Source of the DNA: Anaeramoeba ignava BMAN
Taxonomy: Eukaryota; Protista; Anaeramoebae
DNA: 64,000 nucleotides
Direction: 5' to 3'
Assembly (NCBI GenBank): GCA_028826165.1
Contig: JAPDFW010000114.1
Span: forward strand, 682,001-746,000
Part shown: positions 36,335 through 47,933 of the stretch, in pieces
How positions within the stretch are numbered: the stretch's first letter is position 1
Layout: each line of letters begins with the position of its first letter
Notes under the pieces: model-generated
What the model saw: the letters and a program-made list of their open reading frames with translations, nothing else
The model's database searches: none
What the model was told of the DNA's origin: nothing
Program-made: the position numbers and the translations under genes

Positions 36335-39300
36335 ATGCAAGAAAAACCAAAATTAAATCAAGAACAACAACTTGCTGTTGATTCGGATATTAATAAACCT
36401 TTATTAATTGTTGCTGGTTGTGGATCAGGAAAAACAACAGTTTTAATATCAAGAATTGCAAGAATGATTTCACTTGGAATTCCAACAGAATCAATAATTG
36501 CAATCACATTTACTCAAAAAGCAGCAGAAGAACTTAAGCAAAGAGTTTCTTCTTTTATTCATTCAATCTCAATTTCTCAACTTAAAACTTATACTTTTCA
36601 TGCTTTTGGATTGTCTATTTTACGCGCTGAAGGTTCTTCTTTAAAATTACTTGGTTATCGTCCTATATTTAAGATTATCTCGAGTTTTGAACAATTTAAA
36701 ATTATTGAAAATTGTCTCAAAAAATATTATTATTACAAACATATTTTCATACAGAAAAATCAATTATTGGAAGATAAAAATCAAATTTCAAAATTTAGTT
36801 TTAGTGATGATTTTCTTGAAGAGGATTATGATATTGATGTCGATGTTGATAGTAATAGTGATAATTTTAATTATAATGATAATTTTTCTCAATCAAGTTT
36901 ATCAGACGAAAATATTCCAAAAGAAGAAGTTATTGTTTATAATCCAGACCAGAAAGAATTATATCGTTCTAAAAAAAATGAACATTTTCAACAACTATTA
37001 AATTTGGATAAAATTAAAATTCAAGAAAAAAAATCAATTCTTCAAAATGAAAATGAAAATGAAAATCAAAATGAAAATAAAAATCAAGATGAAAATAATC
37101 AAAATATGTTTAGTTTGGATGATGATGTTGATTATTATGAACTTTTAGATATTAAAAATATGAAAAAAAAGGAAAAAATTAAATGGCAAAAAATCCAAGA
37201 AGAAACCAAAAAAATTCAGAAATTCATTCTTTTATCTTATTCAAACTTTCGTAAACCGTCTCAATTTTCTGGAAAGAAAAAAATATTGTTTAAAATGTAT
37301 CAAAACTTTATTAAACTTAATGATATCATTGATTTTAACGATATGATACATCTTGCAATCAAATTACTCAAAAAATTCCCAGAAGTTCTTGAAAAATATA
37401 AAACAAAATACAAATATTTTTTAGTGGATGAATATCAAGATACAAATTTAGCTCAATTTCAACTTGTAAATCTTTTTGTTAAAGAAAGTGGTCGGTTAAC
37501 TGTTGTTGGAGATGATGATCAGTGTTTGCCAATTAACACCTTAGTTCAGACTCAAAATGAACAATTAAAAAAAATTCAAAACATCCAAATTGGAGATTAT
37601 GTTAAAACTTCTCTTGGAAAATCTCAATTAGGATTCAGTAAAGTTTCCTATTGCTCAAAAAAGTTCATCAAAAATTCAAGTTTATGTTCTATTAAAACAA
37701 AATCAGGAATTGAAATTAAATGCACAATTTCTCATCATTTACCAATAACTTGGATTAAAAACAAAAAAGAACAAAAAACTCCCAAAAATCATTTCATTTG
37801 TTTAATTAAAAATAAAAATAATTATAATTATAATTGGAATTTTCAAATTATCCAAAATTTGGGAAATTGTAATTCACAAACATTCCCTTTATTAATTGTA
37901 AATTCAAGAAAAAAAGCTGAAAAAATTGTTCAATTTTTAGAAATGAATATTTTTGATAAAATTGGTAAAAAAAAAATATCAATCAATCAATCAATCATTT
38001 TTTAATATTAATTTTGTTTTGATTATTAATTTCGAAAAAAAAAAAAAATAATCAAAATTAGATTATCAACTAATTTTAGAAAAAATTGGGAAAATTTGGG
38101 AAGAAGGATATTTAATTTCAGAAAAAAATTTAGAAAAAAAGATCCAAATCATTTCACTTTATGAAGAAAATTCACATCTTATTCAATTCAAAGAAGAAAA
38201 TGAAAGAAAAACATTACATTTCAAAAGTCTTGAAAAGGCAAGAAGGGTTGCAAAAGAATTATCTAAAATGAATAATAAAGAAATAATAGAAAAATGGAAA
38301 TTAGTTGATTCAAATGAGAATTTCCAAATGATTCCTGCTTGCAACGTTATTCCAGGAAGTTATTTAGTAGTAAACAACAAATTAGAGAAGGTTGTTGAGG
38401 TTGAATTTGAAGATTATCAAGGAGAAGTTTATGATTTAGAGGTGGAATCAACACATAATTTTATTCTTGGAAATGGAGCAATAATTGGGAATTGTATTTA
38501 TGCATTTAGAGGCGCAAATTTGGATTGTTTCCAAGTATTAAAAAACCAATTTTCTTCGACAATACAAGAGGTTAAATTGGTTGAAAATTATCGTTCAACA
38601 AAAACAATTGTTTCAATACTCAATTACTTGATAAGAAATAATAAAAATAGAATCAAGAAAACTTTGCGTACTTCAAACACATTAGGAACAAAAACAAGTC
38701 TTTTCAAATGCTCAACAGAAATTGATGAAGCAATATTTTGCGCATCCAAAATCAAAAGACTTGTTCGTGAGAAAAAAGCAAATTTTTCAGAAATTGCTGT
38801 TTTATATCGCAATAGACATATTGCAGAAACATTCAAAAAAATCTTCCACAAACAAAAAATTCCTTTCAGGGTTTTTGGAGAACAAGATTCACTTGATAAC
38901 TTAAAAGAATTCAGGTTTTTTGTGACTTATTTATTTTTTGTTGATAATCCATCTGAAAATAACTCATTCAAAACTGTATTCAAAAAATACTTCAAAAGAC
39001 TTTTCATACACGAAAAATCAGAAGAAGATCAAAAACAGCTCAAAAAAAAAATTCAGCAAATGATTCAATCAATTACAAAGTATTCACAAGTGAAAAAAAC
39101 TTCTCTTTTTGATTCAAGCGCAGATATTGTCATGTATTTGCAAAGAAAAAATTCCAAAAATATCCAAGAACAAAAAAAAGGAATTGAACTTCATCTTTTA
39201 GATCAACTCAAGAAATTATTTCAACTTAATATCAACTCTTTAATTCAGTTTGTGGAAATCATCCATCATTGTAGAAAATTAATATCTGAAAACAGAATAA

Positions 39301-40496
39301 ATGATCTTTATTCCTTAATTGCTCATCAAATTCTTAATGATGCTGAATTTACATATCAAGATGAAATGTCTCGAATTGCAATGGAAAATCTACAAGAGTT
39401 AAATTTATCAGAAATGGAACCAGCTCAATTATTTCAATTTATCAAATTCAAAAACATTCAATTTATGGAACAAAATTCTGATTCAGAACAAAAATCACAT
39501 TTGGAAATATTTCATAAATTTGTAGAACAATTTATTTTGGATCCTGCAACTTTTTTAGACTCTTGTACGGGCATTGTAACTTTATCAACAGTCCATCAAT
39601 CAAAAGGTCTTGAGTGGCCTGTAGTTTTTCTTGTTAGATTGAATGAAAAAGAATTTCCTGTTTATAAAATAGATCAGGAAAAAGGTCAAGAAATCACTGA
39701 AGAAACAATTGAAAAACTGGAAGAAGAAGAAAGAAGATTATTTTATGTTGCATTGAGTCGTGCTAAAAATTATCTTTTTATAAGTTATATCCAAAATTCT
39801 CTTAAACCTTCTAGTTTATTAAATAGTTTACCTGAACATTTGATTAATGTCCAAGATTGGGAATTGGAAAAAAAATCAATTGAAGTTCAAAATGAGAAAG
39901 AATCACAGAAAAAATGTTTGAGATCAAAAACACAACCTTCTTTACTTAATTATTTTTCAAAAAAGCCAAAATCTCATGAAAATTCAAATGAAAATTCAAA
40001 TGAAAAAAAAAGAAAAAATGAAGAAGAAGTTGATTCAAGTTTGATTTATAATCCAATTATCCAATTTCAAGCAAATGAAAATGAAAATGAAAATGAAATT
40101 GAAAATGAATTTAAAATTGAAAATGAAAATGAATTTAAAATTGAAAATGAATTTAAAAATCAAAATGAAAATCATTCAACTAAAATTCAAAAAGCTATTT
40201 CTTTTGATCAATCATCAATTAAACAAAGAAGAAAAAATAAAACTTCTTTAAGAGATTCAATCCAAAAAGTTCAATCAAAATTTCATTTCGATTATTCTTT
40301 TGAAAACGAACCAATTCCTAAAAAACAAAAAGAAAAACAAAAGAAAAGTAAATTGAAAAAAAGTCAATCAAATGAAAAAGTTGAAATTACTTGTTTTAAA
40401 AAAGCAAGTGATATTTTTCAAAATGAAAATTTAAATCAAAATTTAAATCAAACTTCTATTCTTCAATTTATGTCAAAAGAAAAGAAAATTCTTTGA
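36335..40496 (+). CDS. UvrD/PcrA/Srs2-like SF1 DNA helicase precursor containing an intein; exons 36335-37964 and 38062-40496
   Basis: Q motif LNQEQ, motif I AGCGSGKT, Ia TFTQKAAEEL, TFHAF, II DEYQD, III VGDDDQ...CIYAFRGA, IV ENYRST, V STVHQSKGLEW, VI EEERRLFYVALSRAK. Confidence 0.92.
37523..38492 (+). mobile_element. Intein (~291 aa after intron removal) inserted in helicase motif III
   Basis: Block A CLPINTLV directly after GDDDQ, block B IKCTISH (TxxH), block F VYDLEVESTHNF, block G NGAIIGN, +1 Cys. Excision restores VGDDDQCIYAFRGA. Confidence 0.93.
37965..38061 (+). other. 97-nt phase-1 spliceosomal intron inside the intein
   Basis: ATTG|GTAAAA...AATTAG|AT. Removal joins ORF 36335 to the stop-free frame of ORF 38268; the unspliced frame stops at 38005. 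Confidence 0.8.
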
Positions 40497-40563
40497 AATA
40501 AAAATTAGAATTTAATTTTATTTAATTTTTTAATTTTGAAAAGAAAAGAAATTATTTTGATAA

Positions 40564-43500
40564 TCAATTAATAATTTCACTTTTTGATTTTTCACTTTTA
40601 TCTTCATCAATTTGTTGATTCCATTTTTTAATAACTTCTATTAATCTATAAGAATCTGAACTTAAAGAATTTGATAATAAAGCAGCAGCAAGATTAAAAT
40701 TTTGATTTGAAACAAAAATTTCAAATTGTTTCTTTTTATCAAAAAGAGATGATCCAAAAATAACATTTTCAAATCTTGAATCAAAACGAAGTTTTTCTAA
40801 TAAATTTTTAATTTTGAAATCATTTTTTAATTGACAATAAAATAAAAGTAAATTTTTATAGTATTTATAATCAATTTTTGCAGCTTCAATGATAGAATCT
40901 TCTGCAATATCATAAATTTTTTGTTGAATAGCAGAATTAGCAATTTTTAAATAAAGAGAGCAAATAGATTGTTCTTTTTATAAATATTTTTTTTTTTTAA
41001 TTTTGGATTTTTTATAAAAATATTTTTTTTTTAATTTTGGATTTTTTATAAAAATATTTTTTTGAATTTTGGAATAAATAAATACTTTGTTCTTCTGTTT
41101 GATTAAAAAATCCATCTCTTATTTGAAATATAACACTTTTTTGATTTGCTTGAACAATTGAAAATGCTTGTTTAAGTAAATAATTTCGAATACAAATTTG
41201 AATTTTTAAATCATCTGAAACACCTGATAAACTTAAAGCCTCTTTAACAAATCCTCTTGATTCTAAAGATATTGCTAAATTATCATGGATTGTTGTAGTT
41301 ATCCATTTTGTCCTTTTGAATTTTTCATTTAAATTTTTTTGAATTGAATTTTTTTGAATTGAATTTTTTTGAATTAAATTTTTCATTTAAATTTTTTTGA
41401 ATTAAATTTTTTTATACCATTTCATTGCTTCTTCAATTTGTTTTGCTTGAATTAATAATTTAAATTTTAGTAATGGATGATCCAATTTAATTAAATGAAT
41501 TTTTTGATTTGGATCCATGAGAAGTAATTTATCATTATAAACCATTATAAAATAAAGAGCACCAATTGGTCTTTGAACAATAGGAATTGATTGTTTAGAT
41601 TTAAAATCATAAGTTTTATTTTTTTTAGATTTTGCTTGAGAAGTAAAATTTGATGAAGCAATTTTAATAAATTCAGAATCTTTTTCATGAGGAAAAACTA
41701 ATAATATAAAAAATATATTTAATATAAAATATTTAATATAAATATAAATATAAAATATTTAATATCTTTTTTTTTGTAAATTCTAAATTGTACCACAAAA
41801 AATATCCATTTCTGTTGTTACAAATAATGAAAGATTAAACCAAAGATGTGATTGAATAGAAAAAGGTAATTGAGTAACAAGCTTAAAATTATTTCTGATA
41901 TCAAATAAATATGTATAATTAGGATAAGACATTAAACAAAATTTTTGAGTTGGATCAAAACTTAAATTTTTAGGAGGAGGAAATAAATCACCAAATATTT
42001 GTTGACTTTTCCAAGAATAAAAATGAAATCTTCTTGTTTTAAGCAATTTAGAATTGTCTTGATTTGGATCATTTTGTGGATTTGAAGAATCGGGATTTTT
42101 AACGGTTTCTTCATAATTTAATTTAGCATTCCTAAATTCACCTGTAATTGCATCTCTCCCTTTTCCTTTTCCCTTTCCTTTTCCCTTTCCTTTTCCTGTT
42201 TGATTTTGACTCTGTCCTTTATCTGTTAAAGTTTCGTCTTCGTATTCATATTCAACACCAAGTAAAAATCCTTCGAAAATTCTTTTGACAGGAAATTGAG
42301 TAAGCATTGGTCTTTTAGTAATATTTCCATCACTTGAAATTTCTCGTATTTCGAACTCAGATGGTTCGAAAAAAACCTTTTCAATCATTTGCGGTTTTTT
42401 GCGTCTTTTTGAAGTTTGTGATTCATCCACAACTTGGATTATTTTTTGAACTGGCGGATAAAGTAAAGCAAAACAATCCGATTTTGAATTTGATTCCCAA
42501 ATTAATTGGATACATTTTCCTTGGTCGATTATTTTTGAATTTGAAGGGTCTTGCGCAGAAATGATCTCGTATCTTTTTTCAGGAACATAGAATATTGATA
42601 AATATTTTTGTGTCCCACTTAATTTAAGTTCAACTTTTTCGCAAGGAGAAGAGAAGGTGTAAATGGATTGTTTTTCATATTTTGTTTTTGTATTTGAAGT
42701 TTTTGAGATTGATCTGATGTTGAGTCTTTCAATAGAAGAGAAATTTGCGAATAAAATAAAGTTTTGTTGATTTTGATTTTGAATTCTAATTTGTTTTTGA
42801 TTTTCATTTTCATTTTCATTTTCATTTTGATTTTGATTTTCATTTCGTTTTTGAATATTCTGCTCATTTTTTCCAGTTGAAAAAACAACCAACCGATTTT
42901 CTAAATCGTCAAAATTCCCATCAATTGATAATAAAGCAATTCCAGATGAAGTATTAACAATCAATAAATTGGGAACCAATGGATGGAACTTAAAATTCGT
43001 GATTTTCAGTTGCTTTGAAGCGATTCTTTCGAATGTTGGCTCAGGAATCACATTTTCAAGAAGGTAGTGTTGAATATCCAAAAAAGGATCAATAACTAAA
43101 CTGTTATTTGAAAGAGTTGTAATTTTGAAAAAAACGCCTTTGTCATCATTTGCAATAACTGTTCCGAGATTGTTATTTAAAAAAAAGCAGTTCTGCAAAT
43201 GGGTTTTTGTCTTTGCGCTGACAATCTTGCGCAAAACCATCCCGGTCGACAAATACCAAAGTGTGATTGTCTTATCTTGAGTAATTGTGATGACACGGGA
43301 AGTATTTGGATCGAAATTGATTTCCTGATAAATATCCTTTTTTTTGCCCGAAAAATCCAAGACGGAACTGATAGAATTAAGAGACCAAATTGAGGCAGTT
43401 CCGTCAATTGAACCAACAATTAAATAAATAAAATCCAAAGCGATATTTTTGAAGTTCCGATATTTAGCATTTTGAGCTCTAAGAATAATCTCTTGTGGAT

Positions 43501-44437
43501 TAGCTTGATCATTTGTGAAATCGAAGAAGTTGTCATTCTCTTCTTGAGGATTATCTTTATTGCGGGTGCTGATGTTTTTATCAAGCGCATTCTCTGAGTC
43601 CATACGCGCAAGATTTGAGACTCTATGATCAGCAAGTGTTTTTATAACAAGTGAAAGCGACGTGATTGATTTATTCGCCGCAGACAATCTATCGACAAGA
43701 GCATCCTGATCATAGTCCCATATGCGGATGACGCCGTCATTGCATCCAAAAATAATCCAAGGAAGGACATAAACAAGTTCGACCGAAATTATACTTGATT
43801 TTTCTAAGTCGCGGTGGCTTTTGATGTCCTTCCATTGCTTTGTTATATAATCAAAAAACCACACACGTTCATCAGTAATTATGATTAACCATGTCTTTTG
43901 TTGTTTCGGGATTTTTTTTAAAGGAAATTTCCCGTCCTTAATGTTCAGACTTGACCACCATTTGATTGTCAGATCGTCAAGAAAATGAAGGTATTTTATT
44001 GTTCCGGTTTTTTCAATCTTTAGAGAACTTTTCTCCTTCACTTTTTGCTTTTCTTCTTCTTTCTTTTTCTTTTCTTGTTCTTGTTTTTCTATTATCATTT
44101 CTTGTGTAATTTGTGATTCGTTAAATTTTTCTTTTTTTCCATATTTTTTGTTTTGAATTGATTGTTTGATTCTATTTTTGAATGAAATTATCCGATTTTC
44201 CTTTTCAATCGGAATCATTCCTTTTTTTGTTATGCTTTTTTGAAGAAGCGCTTTTTGTTTTCTTTCAATTTCAAGTTGATAAAGTGTGAATTTGTTGATC
44301 ACTGTTTGTGTTTCATAATTCCATATTGTAATGTTATATTTTTCATCACTAGTTGCTATCCATGGATGTGTTGGATGAATTGTAAGTGCGGTTTGTTTGC
44401 TGGGTGTTGTTCCAAAAAGCTTTAAATTGATTGACAT
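40564..44437 (-). CDS. WD40 protocoatomer protein, TSET/TPLATE complex TTRAY2 (TWD40-2)-like
   Basis: IHPTHPWIATSDE..ITIWNYE, GTIKYLHFLDD..IKWW, FGCNDGVIRIWD and FHPLVPNL resemble TWD40-2; several short 3' introns. Confidence 0.65.
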
Positions 44438-44523
44438 TTTTGGATATTATTTTTTTTTAAAAAAAATGAAAAAGAAAAAAATGAAAAAAATATTTTTCCA
44501 TTTTTATTCTTTTTTTTTTTAAA

Positions 44524-47500
44524 ATGAGTGAAAATGAAAATTTAGAAAATAGTTTATTAAAATCGTCTGAAGAAAAATGTTTAAAATTAAAAATTAAAAT
44601 TAAAAATTAAAAATTAAAAATTAAAAATTAAAATTAAAATTAAAAAAAAGTGGAAAATCAAAATGAAATTCAAATTGATAATGGAAATGAAATTCAAATT
44701 GATAATGAAAGTGATGATGAAAACAATAAAGATAAACGTACTTTAATTGCTGAAGAAATTTTAACAACAGAACGTTCTTATGTTCAAAGTTTAAAAATTA
44801 TATTTAATGTAAAAAAAAAATTCTAACAAAATTTTCAATTAGAAAAATTTAAAACGTTTTTTCTTTTTTTTTTAATAAAGGAATTCTATTCAGAAATTAG
44901 CAAATCTTTAAAAACAAACAAACCATTAATTGAAAAAAAAGATTTCTCGACAATTTTTATTAATATTGAACTTATTCTTAATGTTAAATTTCTAATTCAA
45001 AAAAATAATTAAATTCCAAAATGTTTATTCAAAAAGAAAAAAATTTTCCGTTTTTTCTTTTTGATTTCTACAAAAATAAATTTTAGATTCATATTAACTT
45101 ACTTTCAGGTTTAGAAAAAGTTATGCAAAATTGGAATGAAGATTCCCAAATTGGAGATTTTTTTAATGATTTTGTAAAAGAAATTTTAATTTAAAAATCA
45201 AATTGAAAAATTTGGATCAAAATTGATACTTTTTTTTTAGATTCCTTATCTTAAAAGTTACTTATTTTATATCCAGAATTATGATTTTGCAGAGCAATTA
45301 ATTAAAAAATATAGAAAAAATACTATATTTGAAGAATGGCATCAAGTAGTTTTTCAATTAAAATTAAATCAAAAAAAAAAAAACAATTCATTTCAATTAA
45401 AAAAAATATATAATTTATTTCAATTAAAAGAAAAAAATGGAAATTCATCATTTGGATCTTCAAAGTTTTTTAATTATGCCAATTCAAAGATTACCTCGTT
45501 ATAATTTATTATTACAAGTATAAAGAATATTCAAATTTTTTTCATTTAAAAAGAAAAAGATTAAATTTAATTTTATTTTATCAAAATATTATTTAAAAAT
45601 TTACAGACTTTGATCAAAAATACAGATCAAAATCATCCAGATTATCCAAATCTTTTGAAAGCTAAAGAAAAAATTAGTCAAGTTACTCAAGATATAAATA
45701 ATTCATTTCATATTCGAGATAATCAAAAGAAAATTTATCATATTCAACAAAAATTTACTAATAAGAAAATTGTAAAAAAAATTACAACAACAATAACAAC
45801 AACAACAACAACAAATACAAAGAAATATTGAATAATTTCAAGTCTTTGTTTTTCAAAATTCAAGAAATTGTTTATTTATATTAATGAATGAATTTTATCA
45901 ATAATTTTTTTTTCCAAATTCAAAAAAAAATTACTTAATCAAAGAATCTTCTTGAAGCTCATCGAAGATTTATTATGAAAGGTCCTTTAATGAAGGTTTC
46001 TCGTAAAAAAGTTTTGAAAAGGCATTTTTTCTTGTTTAATGATATGATACTTTATGCAACAAAATTTGCTAATTCTTATAAACTTCATGGGAAGTTTGAA
46101 TTTACTAATACAACAGTAAAAGATACTGAAGATACAGAAGGTATTTTATTTAAATCATTTTTAAATGGATTTTAAATGAATTATTTAAATCAATATATTT
46201 AAATGAATTATTTAAATCAATATATTTAAATCAATAATTTAAATCAATATATTTAAATCAAATATATTTAAATCAATATATTTAAATCAAATATATTTAA
46301 ATCAATATATTTAAATCAATATATATTTAAATCAATATATTTAAATCAATATATTTAAATGAATATATTTAAATGAATTTTAAATGAATTTTAAATCAAT
46401 TTTATATCAATTTTAAATTAATTTTAAATCAATTTTAAATCAATTTTAAATCAATTTTAAATCAATTTTAAATGAATATATTTAAATCAATATATTTAAA
46501 TCAATATATTTAAATCAAATATATTTAAATCAATTTTAAATGAATATATTTAAATCAATATATTTAAATCAAATATATTTAAATCAATATATTTAAATCA
46601 ATATATTTAAATCAAATATATTTAAATCAATATATTTAAATCAAATATATTTAAATCAATTTTAAATCAATTTTAAATCAATTTTAAATCAATTTTAAAT
46701 CAATATATTAAAATCAATATATTTAAATCAATTTTAAATCAATATATTTAAATCAATTTTAAATCAATTTTAAATCAATTTTAAATCAATTTTATATCAA
46801 TTTTTAATCAATTTTAAATCAATTTTAAATCAATTTTAAATCAATTTTAAATCAATTTTAAATCAATTTTAAATCAATTTTAAATCAATTTTAAATCAAT
46901 TTTAAATTTAGCTTTACAAAATGCTTTCATTATCAGAAATTTGAAAAAATCTTTTACAGTTTATGCAGAATCTCCTGAAAAGAAAAAAGAATGGATTACA
47001 GAAATTCAAAAAGCTATTAAAGAATTTTGGATTAATCAAAAAACACTTAAAGGTAGGAAATTCAAAAATAGTGAAAGATTTCTTGCTCCTTTATGGATTC
47101 CAGATAATGAAACATATTATTGTATGATTTGCAATATTGATTTCACAACATTTAGAAGAAGAGTAAAATCAATATATTTAAATCAATATATTTAAATCAA
47201 TATATTTAAATCATTTATTAAAATCAATTTATTTAAATCAAATATATTTAAATCAATTTATTTAAATCAATATATTTAAATTAAAATAATATAGCATCAT
47301 TGTAGAAGTTGTGGTTTTGTTGTTTGTTCTTCTTGTTCTTCTCAAAAAATGTTACTTGATCATATAAGTGATATTCCTGTTCGTGTGTGTGATAATTGTT
47401 TTGAAAATATTGGAAAAAAATTATTATTAAATAAAGAAAAACAAAAAATCAAAATATAAATCAAAATATAAATCAAAATCAAAATCAAAATCAAAATATA

Positions 47501-47860
47501 AATCAAAATCAAAATATAAATCAAAATCAAAATCAAAATATAAATCAAAATCCAAATGAAAATGAAAATCAAAATCAAAAAGAAAATGAAATATTGAATT
47601 CAAATATAAATTCTCATAATGATTTGGATGATGCTACTTCTATTTCTGGAAATGAAATTGATTCTTATTTAGATAAAGAAGAAAAATTAAATAATCAAAC
47701 AAATGAAAATGATAATTTATCATCTTTACAGAATTTAAAAGGAGATTTAATTGAAAAAAAAGAAGATTTACCTTTACTTTCAAAAGATGAAATGAAAAAA
47801 TGGAGAAAAATTCCACAATTCGTTTCTGATTATAATTTTTGGGTTAATTCAAAATTTTAA
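44524..47860 (+). CDS. RhoGEF DH-PH-FYVE (FGD-like), multi-exon; apparent 1-nt deletion near 47447
   Basis: EEILTTERSYV, LIMPIQRLPRY, PH RHFFLFND..KKEWI, FYVE WIPD..CMIC..RRR|HHCRSCG..VRVCDNC. Confidence 0.85.
46141..46911 (+). repeat. Intron filled with TTTAAATCAATATA / TTTTAAATCAA units
   Basis: GT...AG-bounded; the same units recur in the next intron, 47163-47294. Confidence 0.85.
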
Positions 47861-47933
47861 TAGCAAAATCCAAAATATTTTTTTTTCTTTTTTCATTTTC
47901 TTCATTTTCTTCATTTTTTTAAATCATTTTGAT

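Noticed and set aside
37523-38492. Split (trans-splicing) intein or two separate genes, as the ORF track suggests
   Set aside because: A GT-AG intron joins the halves in frame and the second frame is open upstream of its ATG, so a contiguous cis-intein is simpler.
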